A stretch of 64,000 nucleotides of DNA from Octopus sinensis (GCF_006345805.1 NC_043017.1:10664001-10728000); one strand, 5' to 3'. Shown: positions 1-12,568, counted from the stretch's first letter. Translations and numbers: made by a program. The notes: generated by a model from the sequence alone, not told the origin.

Positions 1-445
1 TTTAACACTTGAGATGTACTACGGTGCCAGCTGTTCACTACCAGTGAACTAAGGTAACACCTCTTATTTTTCGAGCACCTTCCAGAGTATTTGAGTGGTT
101 CCAAGCAGTGCTGTTTTCTGCAAGTGCTCCACCCTTACTGCAGCCCCTATTTGTTCCATGTGCTTCTTGAGATTTTTGCTCACTGTTCCCAGGGCTCCGA
201 CAATTATTGGTACTACTGCTACCTTTGTCATCAACCACAACTGCTTAACTTCCCAAGCTAACCTGTCATATCTATCGACTTTTCTTTCTTCCTTATTGCA
301 TACTTTGTTGTCAGCTGGGCATGCTATATCTATGATCCAGCATAGTTTGTTTTCTTTCTCAATTAAGACTATGTTCGACTTCCTATTCTCTATCTCATGG
401 TCGCACTGAATCACAAAATCCCATAGGATATTTGCATTTTTTAAT
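1..445 (-). mobile_element. R4/Dong-type non-LTR retrotransposon 3' fragment (restriction-like endonuclease)
   Basis: ILWDFVIQCDHEIENRKSNIVLIEK..IIDIACPAD..KVDRYDRL..VPIIVGALG..LQKTALLGTTQILWKVL, the typical RLE C-terminus. Confidence 0.85.
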
Positions 446-781
446 TTCGATGATGCCTTCAGGTTTGTAGTTGTACCAATTTTTTACTGCTCTATTATTA
501 TTATTATTATTATTATTTCTACTCTAGGTAGAAGCCTCTGAAAATTTTTGGGGAAGGGGGCTCGTCAATTATATCAACCCCAGTGCATTTCATCAATCCC
601 GAGAGTATGAAAGGCAAAGTCAACCTCGGTGGAATTTGAACTCAGAACATAAAGAAGTACGAAATACCACTAAGCGTTTTGGCCAGTGTGCTAATGATTC
701 TGCCAGCTTGCTACCTTAATAGTAATAATAATAATAATAACAGTAATAATAATAATGATAATAATAACAGTAATAATAATA

Positions 782-812
<31 letters not shown>

Positions 813-1063
813 TTGCTTATTGAACATTAAAGAATGATGCTGATGATGATGATGATGATGATGATGCTGATGGTGTTTTCTTTATAAGCCACAAGTGCTC
901 CAAGAGAAAAAGAAAGGCAATAAAAGAATGACATTTGTCCTTGAGCATGGATCTGAAAGGATTCCAAATTTCCCCTCTTCCTTAATCAAGTGTTTTAATC
1001 TCCCCAGCCCCTTCGGTGCTCAGATTCCTGGCTATGCCATGGTGGGGGTGGAATAAACGAGTT

Positions 1064-1123
<60 letters not shown>

Positions 1124-1551
1124 ATGAAGGAAGAACAATGAATGACTTTTATACAGTAAAATATAAAAATAAAAATTAATAAAATAAACATGCAAACAAT
1201 GACAATTTTTTTTTTTTAATTGAAACAAAATTAAACAAAATATTTGAAACAAATATATGTATTATAAGAATTAAATAAAAGCCAATTTGCCTGAATTATG
1301 GAACTGTAGGAACAATCTAGATTGTGAAGTTTTTTATGATACTCTGTCTTCATTTATTATTAAAAATTGGTTATTCCAGAAGCTGAAGTAAAGATTTTTA
1401 CCAACATAACATGGCAGTCCTGGTTTATGATGAATGTTGCTGTAATTTAGCCCCAGGAGACATCATCTCCAGCTGGCTATATGACACAATCTGTGTCCTT
1501 ATATTTTCGAACAAGGGAATCTAGCATCCCCACTCAGCTCAAAACAATACC

Positions 1552-1784
1552 TATTTCTTTACTACCCACAAGGGGCTAAACACAGAGGGGACAAACAACG
1601 ACAGACAAACGGATTAAGTCGATTACATCGACCCCAGTGCGTAACTGGTACTTTTTTAATCGACCCCGAAAGGATGAAAGGCAAAGTCGACCTCGGCGGA
1701 ATTTGAACTTAGAACGTAACAGCAGACGAAATACCGCTAAGCATTTCGCCCGGCGTGCTAACGTTTCTGCCAGCTCGCCGCCTT
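1552..1784 (-). mobile_element. tRNA-derived SINE family A
   Basis: Head GGCGGCGAGCTGGCAGAA..GAGTTCAAATTC (B-box-like) and central GCCTTTCATCCTTTCGGGGTCGAT. TSD AACAATA. Older copies at about 497, 2130, 6170, 12845, 13145, 16500, 38420, 38615, 58640, 58765, 60400 and 60620. Confidence 0.85.
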
Positions 1785-1792
1785 TAACAATA

Positions 1793-1837
1793 TCTGTGTA
1801 TCATGATTTCCGGGTTATTTCCCTTCATCTGCATAGA
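1793..1837 (-). ncRNA. Type I hammerhead-like motif, variant core (CAGAUGA)
   Basis: UCUAUG-CAGAUGA-AGGGAAAUAACCCG-GAA-AUCAUGAU-A/CACAGA. Stem III is a perfect palindrome, stem I pairs 5 of 6, core has U4A. Confidence 0.5.
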
Positions 1838-3049
1838 ATGATTGTTCAGCTAGCGGTGGCGCTGCCAAATTCCTGTTTGAAATATATAATTTTCAAAGTG
1901 ACAACTAGTCACTGATCTATAAATTAGAAAATTACTGGATTCCCTTGTTCGAAAATATAAGGACACAGATCGTGTTGTATAACCAGCTGGAGACGATGTC
2001 TCCTGGGGCTAAATTACAGCAACATTCGTCGGCCATGTTATGTTGGCAAACAACCTTTACTCCAAAGTACTGTTGCTGAATATCTCTCGTTGTGAGATTT
2101 AAAAATAGTAAATTTCTAATTCCAGAAAGAAATTCTTGGTCATATGACTCAGGTACTTGACTGGTACTTCTTCTTAACTCCAGAAGGAGGAAAGGTATAG
2201 TTAACCCTGGTGAGATTTGAAATCAAATATTAAAGAACCAGAACAAATGCTAGATTTTCTGGCAATGCAGTGCCAGGCAGTAACTCTCATAGCTTCTCAT
2301 CTTTACTGATTGGAAGTGTTATCATGTACATTGTTTTGTCTTGGTATAAAAGATGGGCCACAGAAAATATTCTGCTCAATACCACAGATTTGCTTGTCAG
2401 TTGCTTGACCTTAACCAGTTGAGCATGTCCCTTAGTGGCTGACAATGTGGCATAATTACCAAATGCATCAGTAAAATGATGTATTGGGTAAAAAGTAGAA
2501 AAGGCATACAAAAGAGACACAGGGACCAACTGTAAAAAAGATTTGTGGAGAGCGAACCCAAGAAGTTGGGGGAACCAATGAAATGGTTGTATGATGTGTT
2601 ACAAGTACCAATGCCACTGCAGGTGATTGAACCCAGGTGTACAAGTGGGAGGAAAAGAAAACATACAGTGTTCCTGAAAATAGATGCCAAGTGCAAAAAA
2701 TATTAAACTGTATGAAAAAAATAAAAACTCAAAAAAGGGAGGTGGGGTGAATAAAAAAATTATTGCTAAATAAAATGACCCTTTGCAAGAAAAACTTAAA
2801 AGGGGAGATGTAGGAAATTAGTAATAAGAGTACGCCCCTCCCACATGACGAATGGAATAGCCTAATCACTATAGGTGAAGAGAACTACGTGAAGTATGAG
2901 AGTAGGTAGTAGGGGATCAGAGATAGTCGTGTCTTTACTGGTTTTACTAAGTATGCTGTATACTGAAGTGGGTGTTATAACAATCCAACAATGTAAGGAT
3001 ATAACAGATATACCTGTTGAAACAAAGAAATAAAAGCTAATCACTCAGG

Positions 3050-3360
3050 TATAATAATCAAGGATTGGAAAAGCAAACATCTGTTTACTGATAGACATTG
3101 CAGTCCTTTCTGACCAAAATATTTCCCCAAAAAGAAGTGGAGAAATTGTCAAAGTACAAAGACCTTGGAATTGAAGTATTCAAGATGTGAGGCATGAAAG
3201 TGAAAACAATATCAATAATAATTGGAGCATTGGGCATCATAAAAAAACATATGAACAAAAATGTAAAAGCTATACCTGGACCCTCAACTTTACACATAAT
3301 CCAAAAAATAGCCCTGCTGTGAACAGCCCACATCCTGCATGTGACGCTATCAATTCAATA
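3050..3360 (+). mobile_element. R4/Dong-type LINE RLE fragment (degenerate)
   Basis: LLIDIAV..EKLSKYKDLGIEV..IIIGALG..IQKIALL*TAHIL, with stops and frameshifts. Confidence 0.75.
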
Positions 3361-3873
3361 ATATAGTCCGAACCAAACAATCTACAAACACAAAACACAT
3401 TCTATATAGCAAATATGCAATAAAATAAACAACCACCAGCAGGCTGCATACTCAACAGAAGAACACAACTTGCATTACATACATGATACACAATACAAAC
3501 ACTAATACAATGAAAAACTGCAACCAGACCCTATAACAAAACAAACTAATGCAACACAATATGGGGAAGAGTTTGTACTCCCTGAACACCAGAAAAAGAA
3601 CTCAATGCTGCACACACCCCAGCATCATGGGGGGTGTAGCAGGCACTGCAGTAGACATTTGCCTGAAGCTACCAAATGTTGAATAATATTAAATTTTCTT
3701 ATGGTTTCTTAAACATTTTCTAGAACAACACTATGCACAAAACTAAATATATGGCACCATAGGCATAACATTAACATGAACTTCTAACTTGTTGTCTCTT
3801 GAGGTTTCTGGGTGAGACTTGGAGCCAACTTGTACAAATGCAAAGCAAAAGTCAAACATAAAATAACAACAAC

Positions 3874-3909
<36 letters not shown>

Positions 3910-4780
3910 TGCCTTGATGCAGTACCAGGCAGTGGCTCTCATGGCTTCTGATCTTAATGATTGGAATGTTATCATGTACATTGTTTTGTCTTGGTATAAA
4001 AGATGGGCTACAGCAAATATTCAGCTCAATACCACAGATTTGCTGTCAGTTGTTTGACCTTAACCAGTTGAGCATGTCCCTTAGTGGCTGACGATATGTG
4101 CATCTCTGATCACAAGCAGAAGTAGTGGGGGAGCATCATAGCCATGTGTTGAGAAGGATTCTTTGGGGTTTGAATAATTCACCTCTGGAAACATGGGTGG
4201 TTCTTTACCCCAGTGTCACTTTGATGGCATGAACTGCTCTCTCACTCAATAATAATACTATTGCAATGTGGAAAACACATATTAGTATTAAAAAAAAAAA
4301 GGAAAACAAAGAGCAAAAACTATTAACACTTCAATATTTATTATTTGATGCCAAAACTTTCATATTTTTAAATGACTTCTACTTGCCTTTCGCACAGCAA
4401 TTGTGTAAGTTTCAATACACAGTCTCAGAAAAATTCATTTGCAAGGTAAAGACATCTCTGAGATAATAATGGTTTCAAATTTTGGCACAAAGCAGCAATT
4501 TTAAGGGAGTCGGTAATTACATTAACTCTTTGACTCAATACATACTTGTTTCATTGATTCTGATTAAAATTTAGTTCCAAATAAAGGATTTAACCAGTGT
4601 TCAACACAATATCATTGGCCAAAGGGTGTTTAATTGAGAGCATTGTTCACCGTTTGGGGAGCCAATGGGAAGAGCTGCAATCATCATGTCAAGGACACGC
4701 ATGCACATGCGCACACAACCGCAAATGCATCTACAGCCCAACATTGCTCGGATTTGAAGTAAAAGGAAAACATGCCATTT

Positions 4781-5600
4781 CTAGTAACCTTTATGATAAA
4801 AGCGGCAAAAATCGACTAAATCGCCTGAAATCCGCCAAATATTTAACAAAAGTCGGTTTTGTAGGGTTCGCATGGTCGGTCTCAAAGTGATATGGTTTTG
4901 TCGATTTCTCTCAATACTTGTTAACTGCATTGACAAAAGGTCGTTAGTTTGACATTTAATGCAAACTTGATGTCCAACATCGGTGTAGGGAAAATCTATG
5001 TGTACTTTCAAAAAATATCATAGAAAAATCGGTTTGCTATGTTTGCTACATATGATGTAATTAACCGATTTTTTCCAGTAATAATGTATCCTATTGGAAT
5101 CAAAAGGGCCATATAGCTCCTTGGAGCAGACATGATGCTTGCTGTGAATTTCAAAAAAAATTCCTGCCAATTTGTTAAAGATATTGTCGAAAATATGTCA
5201 TCTTGAATTTGAATGCAATTTCCCAAAATGGCATGAATTTATCGATTTTTTTCTGATGGTAAGGTATTGCATGGAAAACTAACGTCAGAATTAAGTTCCT
5301 TAGGGTAACATTAAGCTTCACCATGAGTTTGGTGAAAATCGATTGCAAGTTGCGAAAACTACAACGGAAAATGTGTTGCATATGATAAGCTTAGATTCTC
5401 GACCCCATGTAGAATTTATCGATTTTTTCCAGAACTGGGGGAACTTTTCAAAATTTTCGCTGCGTTAGTTTTGAATTTTGACATTGGGCTATGTGTGTGT
5501 GTGTCAAGTTTCATCAGAATCGGTTGAAAGCCGTGGTCAGGGCGAGGGTATAACCTGACAGACAAACTGCCTTTTATATATATATATATAGAGAGAGAGA
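4781..5600 (-). mobile_element. Longer Helitron-like variant
   Basis: Its 5' about 200 bp match 15346-15550. The interior differs. It ends at a CTAG that is followed by A rather than T. Confidence 0.5.
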
Positions 5601-6655
5601 GATAGAGATACACACACACGCGCGCGTTCACTCACGCCATGCACGCAACTCTCGGCCTTTGGGTCATTTAGTAATTTCTGCCGATTAAAAATAATAATGT
5701 ATTCAGAGTTGTTTTTATCCCCTTTCGTCTGCCAAATCTGTGTGTGTACGTGTGCATGGAGAAATACGATTACAATGGAATTGCCGTGGTGAGTATGTAT
5801 GTGTGTGTATGCATGCATGCATGTATGCATGTATGTATGTTTGTGTGTGTGTATGCATGTATGTATGTACGTATGTATGTACATGCACACACACATACAC
5901 ATTCGTTATTTCTCTCTCCCTGGGGTGAGGTACAGGACAATAATTGGATCTTTTCATTTTTGAACAGAAGCCACTTTTATTTATTTAAATATAAACAAAC
6001 GGAAACCTTCGCAAATGTTTCACAATCACGTCGAACAATTCAGAGAAACCGCGTTCAAGAGATTGAAAGAAACATTCGAAAAAAAAACAACAACAATAAC
6101 AACTACAACAACAAAAGTAATTTTTTTTCGAAATTTGATTCAAAGCCAGTAAATTTCGAAGCGGGAAGTCGGATTATATCGATCCCTGTGCTCTACTGGC
6201 ACTTACTTAATCGGCCCCGAAAGGATTAAAGGCTGAATCGAATCTCGGCAGGATTTGAACTCGGGATATCGATATCTTCGTCGTCTACAAGACTGAAGAA
6301 AAAGAAAATAACAAAAAAAAAAAAAGCACATAACAAAATCAAAAACGTTTCGAGAAGGGGCCGTTGCGGATTTTTCCTTTAATATAAACCGCATAAACAT
6401 TAAAAGACAAACAAATATAATTCTTTCTTCATTGACCTCAAGGAACAGGTATAGAAGAAAAACAAAACTGTGGATTTATAAATGAACGTGTAATTATTAA
6501 AAGATAATTCTTTATTCGTCACGAGGGCCATAAAAGAAAAAGAAACCCAGAACCTCAAACATTTTGGATACTACGAAGACAAAGGGATCGTGCAGTTTTG
6601 GACCTATAACAGGATAAACCAAAAATAAAAATTACAAACCATCATAATACTAATA

Positions 6656-6818
6656 ATGGCGAGTACAGTGGCTGTGGCAGTAGTATCTTTAAGTCTGGCT
6701 GCCGTGTTAATGCACTTCCTATCTGTTGCGATTCCATACTGGGATAAAATTGGCAACTTGAAATTTGGTCTTTGGCAAGTTTGCTACGAGGAATGTGAAA
6801 TGCGGGAAGCTGTTGACC
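6656..6818 (+). CDS. Claudin/PMP22-superfamily tetraspan protein, coding exon 1 (aa 1-54)
   Basis: ATG at 6656. MASTVAVAVVSLSLAAVLMHFLSVAIPYWDKIGNLKFGLWQVCYEECEMREAVD contains a hydrophobic TM1, then W, then the GLW-x2-C claudin signature. Donor C|GTAAGA at 6819, phase 1. Confidence 0.85.
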
Positions 6819-7578
6819 GTAAGAAGAATCAAATACACAAGACTCTCTGTTGTGAAGTTTCATTCATTTCGTGATCGTGTTGTTGTTGTTGTTGTTAGTG
6901 GTGATGGTGGTGGTGATGGTGGTCGGTGGTTTTAAGGGGGAATCAACTAAGGTTTCGACCGAAGCCTTGACTCGTTTGTGTATCAGTGTCTGTTTGCTTG
7001 TTTTTGTTTGTTATTTTGTTTCTTTCATTCTATTTCTTTCTTTCTTTCTTTCTTCCTTTCACTCTCTTTCTCTCTCTCTCTATCTTTCTTTCTTTCTTTC
7101 TTCCTTTCACTCTCTTCCTCTCTCTCTATCTTTCTTTCTTTCTTTCTTCCTTCCTTTCACTCTCTTTCTCTCTCTCTCTATCTTTCTTTCTCCCCCCCCC
7201 ATTCACTTCTTTTCTTTCTTCTGTCTCTATCTTCGTGCTTTCATTCTTTCCTTCCTCTCTTTCATGTTTCGCTGTCTCTCTCTGTCTTTCTCTATACCTC
7301 TCTTTCTCCCCCTCTCTCTTTTTCTCTCTATCTGCTTTTTCCCTCCTCTTTCCGTCTAAAACTAAAACAGTGTGATACGATAGAGATTTGGCTGTTATGT
7401 TTAGCAGCTCATACAAACCATGCGCCCTTCCATTATTCGTCCTATGATGAGCAACTTTGGAAGTGTGCTTTGGCTATTAGAGGTGGCACCAGAATATGTG
7501 GCATACATACAGTAATTCTAAGTTAGTTTTTATCAAGTTTCTTGGTTCTTATCCAAAATGATAAAATAAATGGTAATT

Positions 7579-7611
<33 letters not shown>

Positions 7612-7614
<3 letters not shown>

Positions 7615-7816
7615 GGAGTAAACACATAAATGTGAAACAAGGTGGAAAAAAAGAGTACTCAAATACCAGGGGTAGAGTAATATGCTTTATTTAAAAGCAG
7701 CAGAAATTCAACAAAACCTGTTACTCAGAGTTTCACAAAACTGTCCGACGAACGGGAACGTGAAACTCCGAGTAACAGGTTTTGTTGAATTTCTGCTGCT
7801 TTTAAATAAAGCATAT
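7612..7816. repeat. Hairpin element (arms 7680-7736 and 7760-7816)
   Basis: Same family as 31092-31260, which is in the opposite orientation. Confidence 0.85.
7741..7778 (+). ncRNA. Type I hammerhead-like motif (CCGACGA core) in intron 1 of the claudin-like gene
   Basis: CUGU-CCGACGA-ACG(GGAA)CGU-GAAA-CUC(C)GAG-UA/ACAG. Predicted cleavage after 7774. Confidence 0.6.
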
Positions 7817-7831
7817 ATATATTATATATAT

Positions 7832-7870
<39 letters not shown>

Positions 7871-8072
7871 GCTTGGAAATGGATGCTTTGCGTCCGATCA
7901 TATAATAATATAAATAGTGGCTGTGTGGTAAGTAGCTTGCTAACCAACCACATGGTTCCGGGTTCAGTCCCACTGCGTGGCATCTTGGGCAAGTGTCTTC
8001 TGCTATAGCCCCGGGCCGACCAATGCCTTGTGAGTGGATTTGATAGACTGAAACTGAAAGAAGCCTGTCGTA

Positions 8073-8143
<71 letters not shown>

Positions 8144-8366
8144 GTGTGTGTGTTTGTGTTTGTCCCCCTAGCATTGCTTGACCACCGATGCTGGTGTGTT
8201 TACGTCCCCGTCACTTAGCGGTTCGGCAAAAGGGACCGATAGAATAAGTACTGGGCTTACAAAGAATATGTCCCGGGGTCGATTTGCTCGACTAAAGGTG
8301 GTGCTCCAGCATGGCCGCAGTCAAATGACTGAAACAAGTAAAAGAGTAAAAGAGTATATATGTGTA

Positions 8367-8733
8367 TGTATATACACATGCATATATGGGTACAGGACGT
8401 CAAACAACGTAAACAACATGAAAACAAAAACATGGAAAACGAGTTTTTTTTTTAACAACGAAAGAAACAAATAGAGAAAGGAGAGAAGCAACATAAAGAA
8501 CAATCCCTTCATCAGTTGTCCCCTGTTTTATCTCCGTTCGAAATGCAGAGTGGATAAAACAGGGGACAGCTGATGAAGGGGATTTTCTTTATGTTGCCTG
8601 TCTCGTTTTTCTATTTGTTTCTTTCATTGCTCATAAAAAGTCCGTTTTCCATGTTTTTGTTTTTTCATGTTCTCGTTTTCATGTTGTTCACGTTGTTTGA
8701 CGTCCTGTACCCATATATGCACGTGTATATACA
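8367..8733. repeat. Fold-back element with about 165-bp arms
   Basis: GGGTACAGGACGTCAAACAACG..CCCTTCATCAG and its inverse. An extra terminus copy lies at 9273-9306. Confidence 0.85.
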
Positions 8734-8783
8734 TATATCAGATATGTAGGTATATACATGCATATATACATACATGTATATAG

Positions 8784-9012
8784 GGTGGCGAGCTGGCAGA
8801 AACGTTAGCACACCGGGCGAAATGCTTAGTGGTATTTCGTCTATTGCTACGTTCTGAGTTCAAATTCCGCCGAGGTCGACTTTGCCTTTCATCCTTTCGG
8901 GGTCGATAAATAAAGTACCAGTTTCGGACTGGGGTCAATGTAATCGACTTAATCCCTTTGTCTGTCCTTGTTTGTCCCCTATGTTTAGCCCCTTGTGGGC
9001 AGTAAAGAAATA
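8784..9012 (+). mobile_element. tRNA-derived SINE family A
   Basis: Full-length copy of the same consensus. Confidence 0.85.
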
Positions 9013-9061
9013 TATATACATACATGTACATACCTATATATATATATATATGTATATCTAT

Positions 9062-9260
9062 CTATCCACTCAGTCGAAGTCGAGTCTCAAATACTCGATG
9101 GATCAGTGTCCTCCAGTCAGTTCTATTCTGGGCTGCTTCTTTCAGATTGGCTATGTCCATTCCGGCATCACTTTTGATGGTGTCAAACCAGCAGGTTCTT
9201 GGTCGGCCTCTTCCTCTCTTGCCACTGACCATTCTGAGCATGATGTCCTTCTCAAGGCAG
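9062..9260 (-). mobile_element. RTE-clade LINE 3' end
   Basis: LEKDIMLRMVSGKRGRGRPRTCWFDTIK..AAQNRTDWRTLIHRV..RLSG*, followed by a short repeat tail. Confidence 0.8.
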
Positions 9261-9450
9261 AAGAGATATATATGTATATACACATGCATATATGGGTACA
9301 GGACGTAAACATATATGCAACCTACTAATCTACCTACCAACCAACCAACCAACCAACCAACCAGCCAGCCAGCCAGCCAGCCAATTGATTGACTGACCAA
9401 GCAGCCATATTTTGGCTATTATTATATAAAGGTTGTTTTCTCTTTTTCAG

Positions 9451-9594
9451 AGTCTTTCCAGATCTTCCAGTGTCTGGAAGTAGTTGGACTGATCACTGGC
9501 CTGGCTACTTGTATTATTTCCATTTTGAGTACTTGTAAGAATGTTATTTTCCCACATGAACAGGTACTGATTCCATGTTTAAGCATGATATCAG
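9451..9594 (+). CDS. Claudin-like gene, coding exon 2 (TM2 and start of TM3)
   Basis: Acceptor ttttctctttttcag|, 144 nt (frame-preserving), donor CAG|GTAAGT. Translates QSFQIFQCLEVVGLITGLATCIISILSTCKNVIFPHEQVLIPCLSMIS. Not present in the ORF track. Confidence 0.85.
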
Positions 9595-9849
9595 GTAAGT
9601 CGGTCAACTTTACATCTGTATATGTGCATGTGTGTGTTTGTATCATCATCATCATCATCATCATCGTTTAATGTCCGTTCTCCATGCTAGCATGGGTTGG
9701 ACGGTTCGACCGGGGATCTGGGAAGCCAGAAGGCTGCACCAGGCTCCAGTCTTATCTGGCAATGTTTCTACAGCTGGATGCCCTTCCTAACGCCAACCAC
9801 TCCGTGAGTGTAGTGGGTGCTTTTTACGTGCCATATATATATATATATA

Positions 9850-10347
9850 TGAGCGTGAGTCAAAAAGTAATGCCATTTTGTTTAGGACAGGTATAATTAC
9901 CAACACAGGAACATGTATCATACATCAAAAGGAAGCTGGTCCCTGTGCATGTATCCCTGCCCCGTAAAATTCTGTTGACTGTTCTTTGAGCCACTTCTTC
10001 ACTACAGTTTTCACTTCTTCATCACTGGAATAATGTTTGCCTCTCAAACCCTCTTTGATGGGGCCAAAGAGATGATAGTCTGAAGGCCCTAAATTATTCC
10101 AGTGACGAGGAAGTGAAAACTGTAGTGAAGAAGTGGCTCAAAGAACAGTCAACAAAATTTTATGGGGCTGGGATACATGTTCTCATTCCAAGGTGGAATA
10201 TTGCTACTGAGAGAAATGGTGACTGTGCTGAGAAGTAGGGATGCGATGCACAGAGGACCAGCTTCCTTTTGATGTATGATACATGTTCCTGTGTTGGTAA
10301 TTATACTTGTCCTAAACAAAATGGCATTACTTTTTGACTCACCCTCG
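9850..10347. mobile_element. Palindromic mariner derivative (two transposase 3' ends, head to head)
   Basis: TA-flanked TIR (c/t)GAG(g/c)GTGAGTCAAAAAGTAATG at both ends. YSSDEEVKTVVKKWLKEQST..RW is present on both strands, and DYHLFGP on the minus arm. Confidence 0.85.
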
Positions 10348-10399
10348 TATGTGTGTGTGTGTGCATGTACGACAGAGTGTAAGCATCTTGAGAGAAAAG

Positions 10400-10640
10400 C
10401 TGGGCATAGGAGGCATCAGATGTGGTGTGCAAGAGAGATGACTGTACTGGTATGGTCATGTGATGCATATGGACATGCCGATCTCTAACTGTGGAGGAAA
10501 CTTGTGATAGAGGTAGAGCCTGGAAGACATGAGACGTGGCAGTGAAGCATGGTCGTCAAACTTTGGGCTTCACAGAAGCAATGATCAGTGACTGAGACCT
10601 TTGGCAATATACTGTGCTTGAGAAGACCCATCAAGTCAAG
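10400..10640 (+). mobile_element. RTE-clade LINE 3' fragment (degenerate)
   Basis: LYWYGHVMHMD..CRSLTVEETCDRGRAWKT*D..DLWQYTVLEKT. Confidence 0.7.
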
Positions 10641-11156
10641 TGGTGTCACATAACTGGCACCCATGCTGGTGGCACATAAAGAGCACCTCTCAAGCTTTGG
10701 GCCTCACAGAGATAAGGTGGTCGATGCTGGTGGCATGTGAAAAATTCCTTTTAAGTGTTGGGCCTCATGGAGGCAATGATGAATGCTGAGACCTTTGGCA
10801 TTATACCACCGTGCTTGAGAAGAAGCGCCATCAATCCAAGTAAAACTGTAGTCATAGCAGATTCTGGTGTCCTGCAAATGTCTCAGAGAAATCCAAAAGA
10901 TTGCGCTGACAAGTACTGCCCACATCCTTAGAAACAACCCTATCAATTCAAATGTCTGTGTTGTATTACATGAAGATATTTCCCTACTGCCCCTGCCACT
11001 TCTCCTCCCCAAGCTTTCAGACATTCTCTAACATCTCTCATCCCTTCACTCACCCTAGGATGCTGGGTGTGTCTCAGCAAGTGATTGTAACAAACATGCA
11101 GATTAAAAGTAAATAATAATAATGATGATGATGATGAAAAATTCAATATGTGAGGT

Positions 11157-11728
11157 ATAGAAAAAAATAGCAGAGTACCAGGCCGTAGCCATTGAATTAC
11201 AGAGACTATGGTGAGTGTGGGTAAGATGTATCCCAGTAGTTGTAGGTGCATTAGGAACTGTCCCTAAAGATTTGAACAGATGGACAGAGGCGCAGGAGTG
11301 GCTGTGTGGTAAGTAGCTTGCTTACCAACCACATGGTTCCGGGTTCAGTCCCACTGCGTGGCACCTTGGGCAAGTGTCTTCTACTATAGCCTCGGGCCGA
11401 CCAAAGCCTTGTGTGTGGATTTGGTAGACAGAAACTGAAAGAAGCCCTGTGTGTCTGTGTTTGTCCCCCTAGCATTGTTTGACAACCGATGCTGGTGTGT
11501 TTATGTCCCCGTTACTTAGTGGTTCGGCAAAAGAGACCGATAGAATAAGTACTGGGCTTACAAAAGAATAAGTTCTGGGGTCGAGTTGCTCGATTAAAGA
11601 CGGGTGCTCCAGCATGGCCGCAGTCAAATGACTGAAACAAGTAAAAGAGTAAAGAGAGGAAATAGGCATAGATCCCAGTTTAGTAGAGCTGCAGAAAACA
11701 GTGTTATTAGGGACAACCAGGATACTTT
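11157..11728 (+). mobile_element. R4/Dong-type RLE fragment split by a SINE (11288-11655)
   Basis: EKIAEYQAVAIELQRLW*..IPVVVGALGTVPKDLNRW | EEIGIDPSLVELQKTVLLGTTRILWRVLGI*. The reading frame resumes after the SINE. Confidence 0.8.
11288..11655 (+). mobile_element. tRNA-derived SINE family B (CORE-like centre)
   Basis: Head GGCGCAGGAGTGGCTGTGTGGTAAG..GGGTTCAGTCCC, central ACCTTGGGCAAGTG, internal (TG/TA)n and a GTAAAAGA tail. Other copies at 7913-8352, 23044-23463, 40025-40420 and 50061-50463. Fragments at about 16700, 20440, 22610, 26760, 41950, 47140, 50960 and 62700. Confidence 0.85.
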
Positions 11729-12440
11729 GGAGGGTTCTTGGCATCTAAGGTTACTTGATGTAGCTTGATGTTAGGGTTTTTTCTTCACCAACAGTCCTAT
11801 CTATTGTGTGTATGTGAATATAATAATAATAATAATAATTAATTCTTTTTATTGGCCACAAGGGCTGACAAACATGATTGGAAAACATAAAGGGACAAAA
11901 CAGGACGAAAGGTTACAAAAGGTTTTGTCCGTTTTTCGAAAGAAAAAAAAGTCCGTGTAAACAAGCTTTACAACAACGAAAAGATTCAACAATTTATAAA
12001 ACTCCCAATAGAGGAGACGTTTCGAAAAAAGGAAAGGTCTCACGTGGAAAAGCCCATAAAAGCCACGGGAGCCTGGTTGAAAGGGTGGGTAGAGAGCCCC
12101 TTTCTCCTTTTATAATAATAATAATGATAATAATAATAATAATAAAAATTGAATAATTCACCTTTGGAAACATGGGTGGTTTTTTCAACATCCTTAAACA
12201 ACCTTTATTAAGGGACCGTTTGAGCGGGATGGGCTACTCAACCTGAAGAAAATTCTAACTGGGCCCCACCTGCAAGGTCATGTGCTGTTTATCTTGATAT
12301 GAGATCACCATGTCGCACACATATGGTTGTGATGCATGTGCCTGGTGTACCCTTATCAGACGGGTAGTCATGATGGGTATATTGGGCTTCGTATATTTTA
12401 CCCCAGTGTCCCTTTGATGGCATGAACTGCTCTCTCACTC

Positions 12441-12474
<34 letters not shown>

Positions 12475-12475
12475 T

Positions 12476-12538
<63 letters not shown>

Positions 12539-12568
12539 GATAATAATGTTTGTTTCCTCTACTTCCAG

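Larger units (their letters stand above)
1385..2110. repeat. Fold-back element with about 135-bp inverted arms
   Basis: 1388-1522 is the reverse complement of about 1938-2065. A one-armed homologue lies at 39043-39290. Confidence 0.75.

Noticed and set aside
1552-1784. tRNA genes
   Set aside because: The A/B-box-like heads belong to SINEs and no complete cloverleaf was found.
7371-7511. Possible extra exon in intron 1 of the claudin-like gene
   Set aside because: It gives an immediate stop in the required phase, has a weak donor, and overlaps a repeat-derived GATTTGGCTG segment.
8569-8600. CUGAUGA in both arms of the 8.4-kb fold-back
   Set aside because: No GAAA follows the potential stem II. 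The upstream GAAAUGC..AUA cannot be closed into a type II fold.
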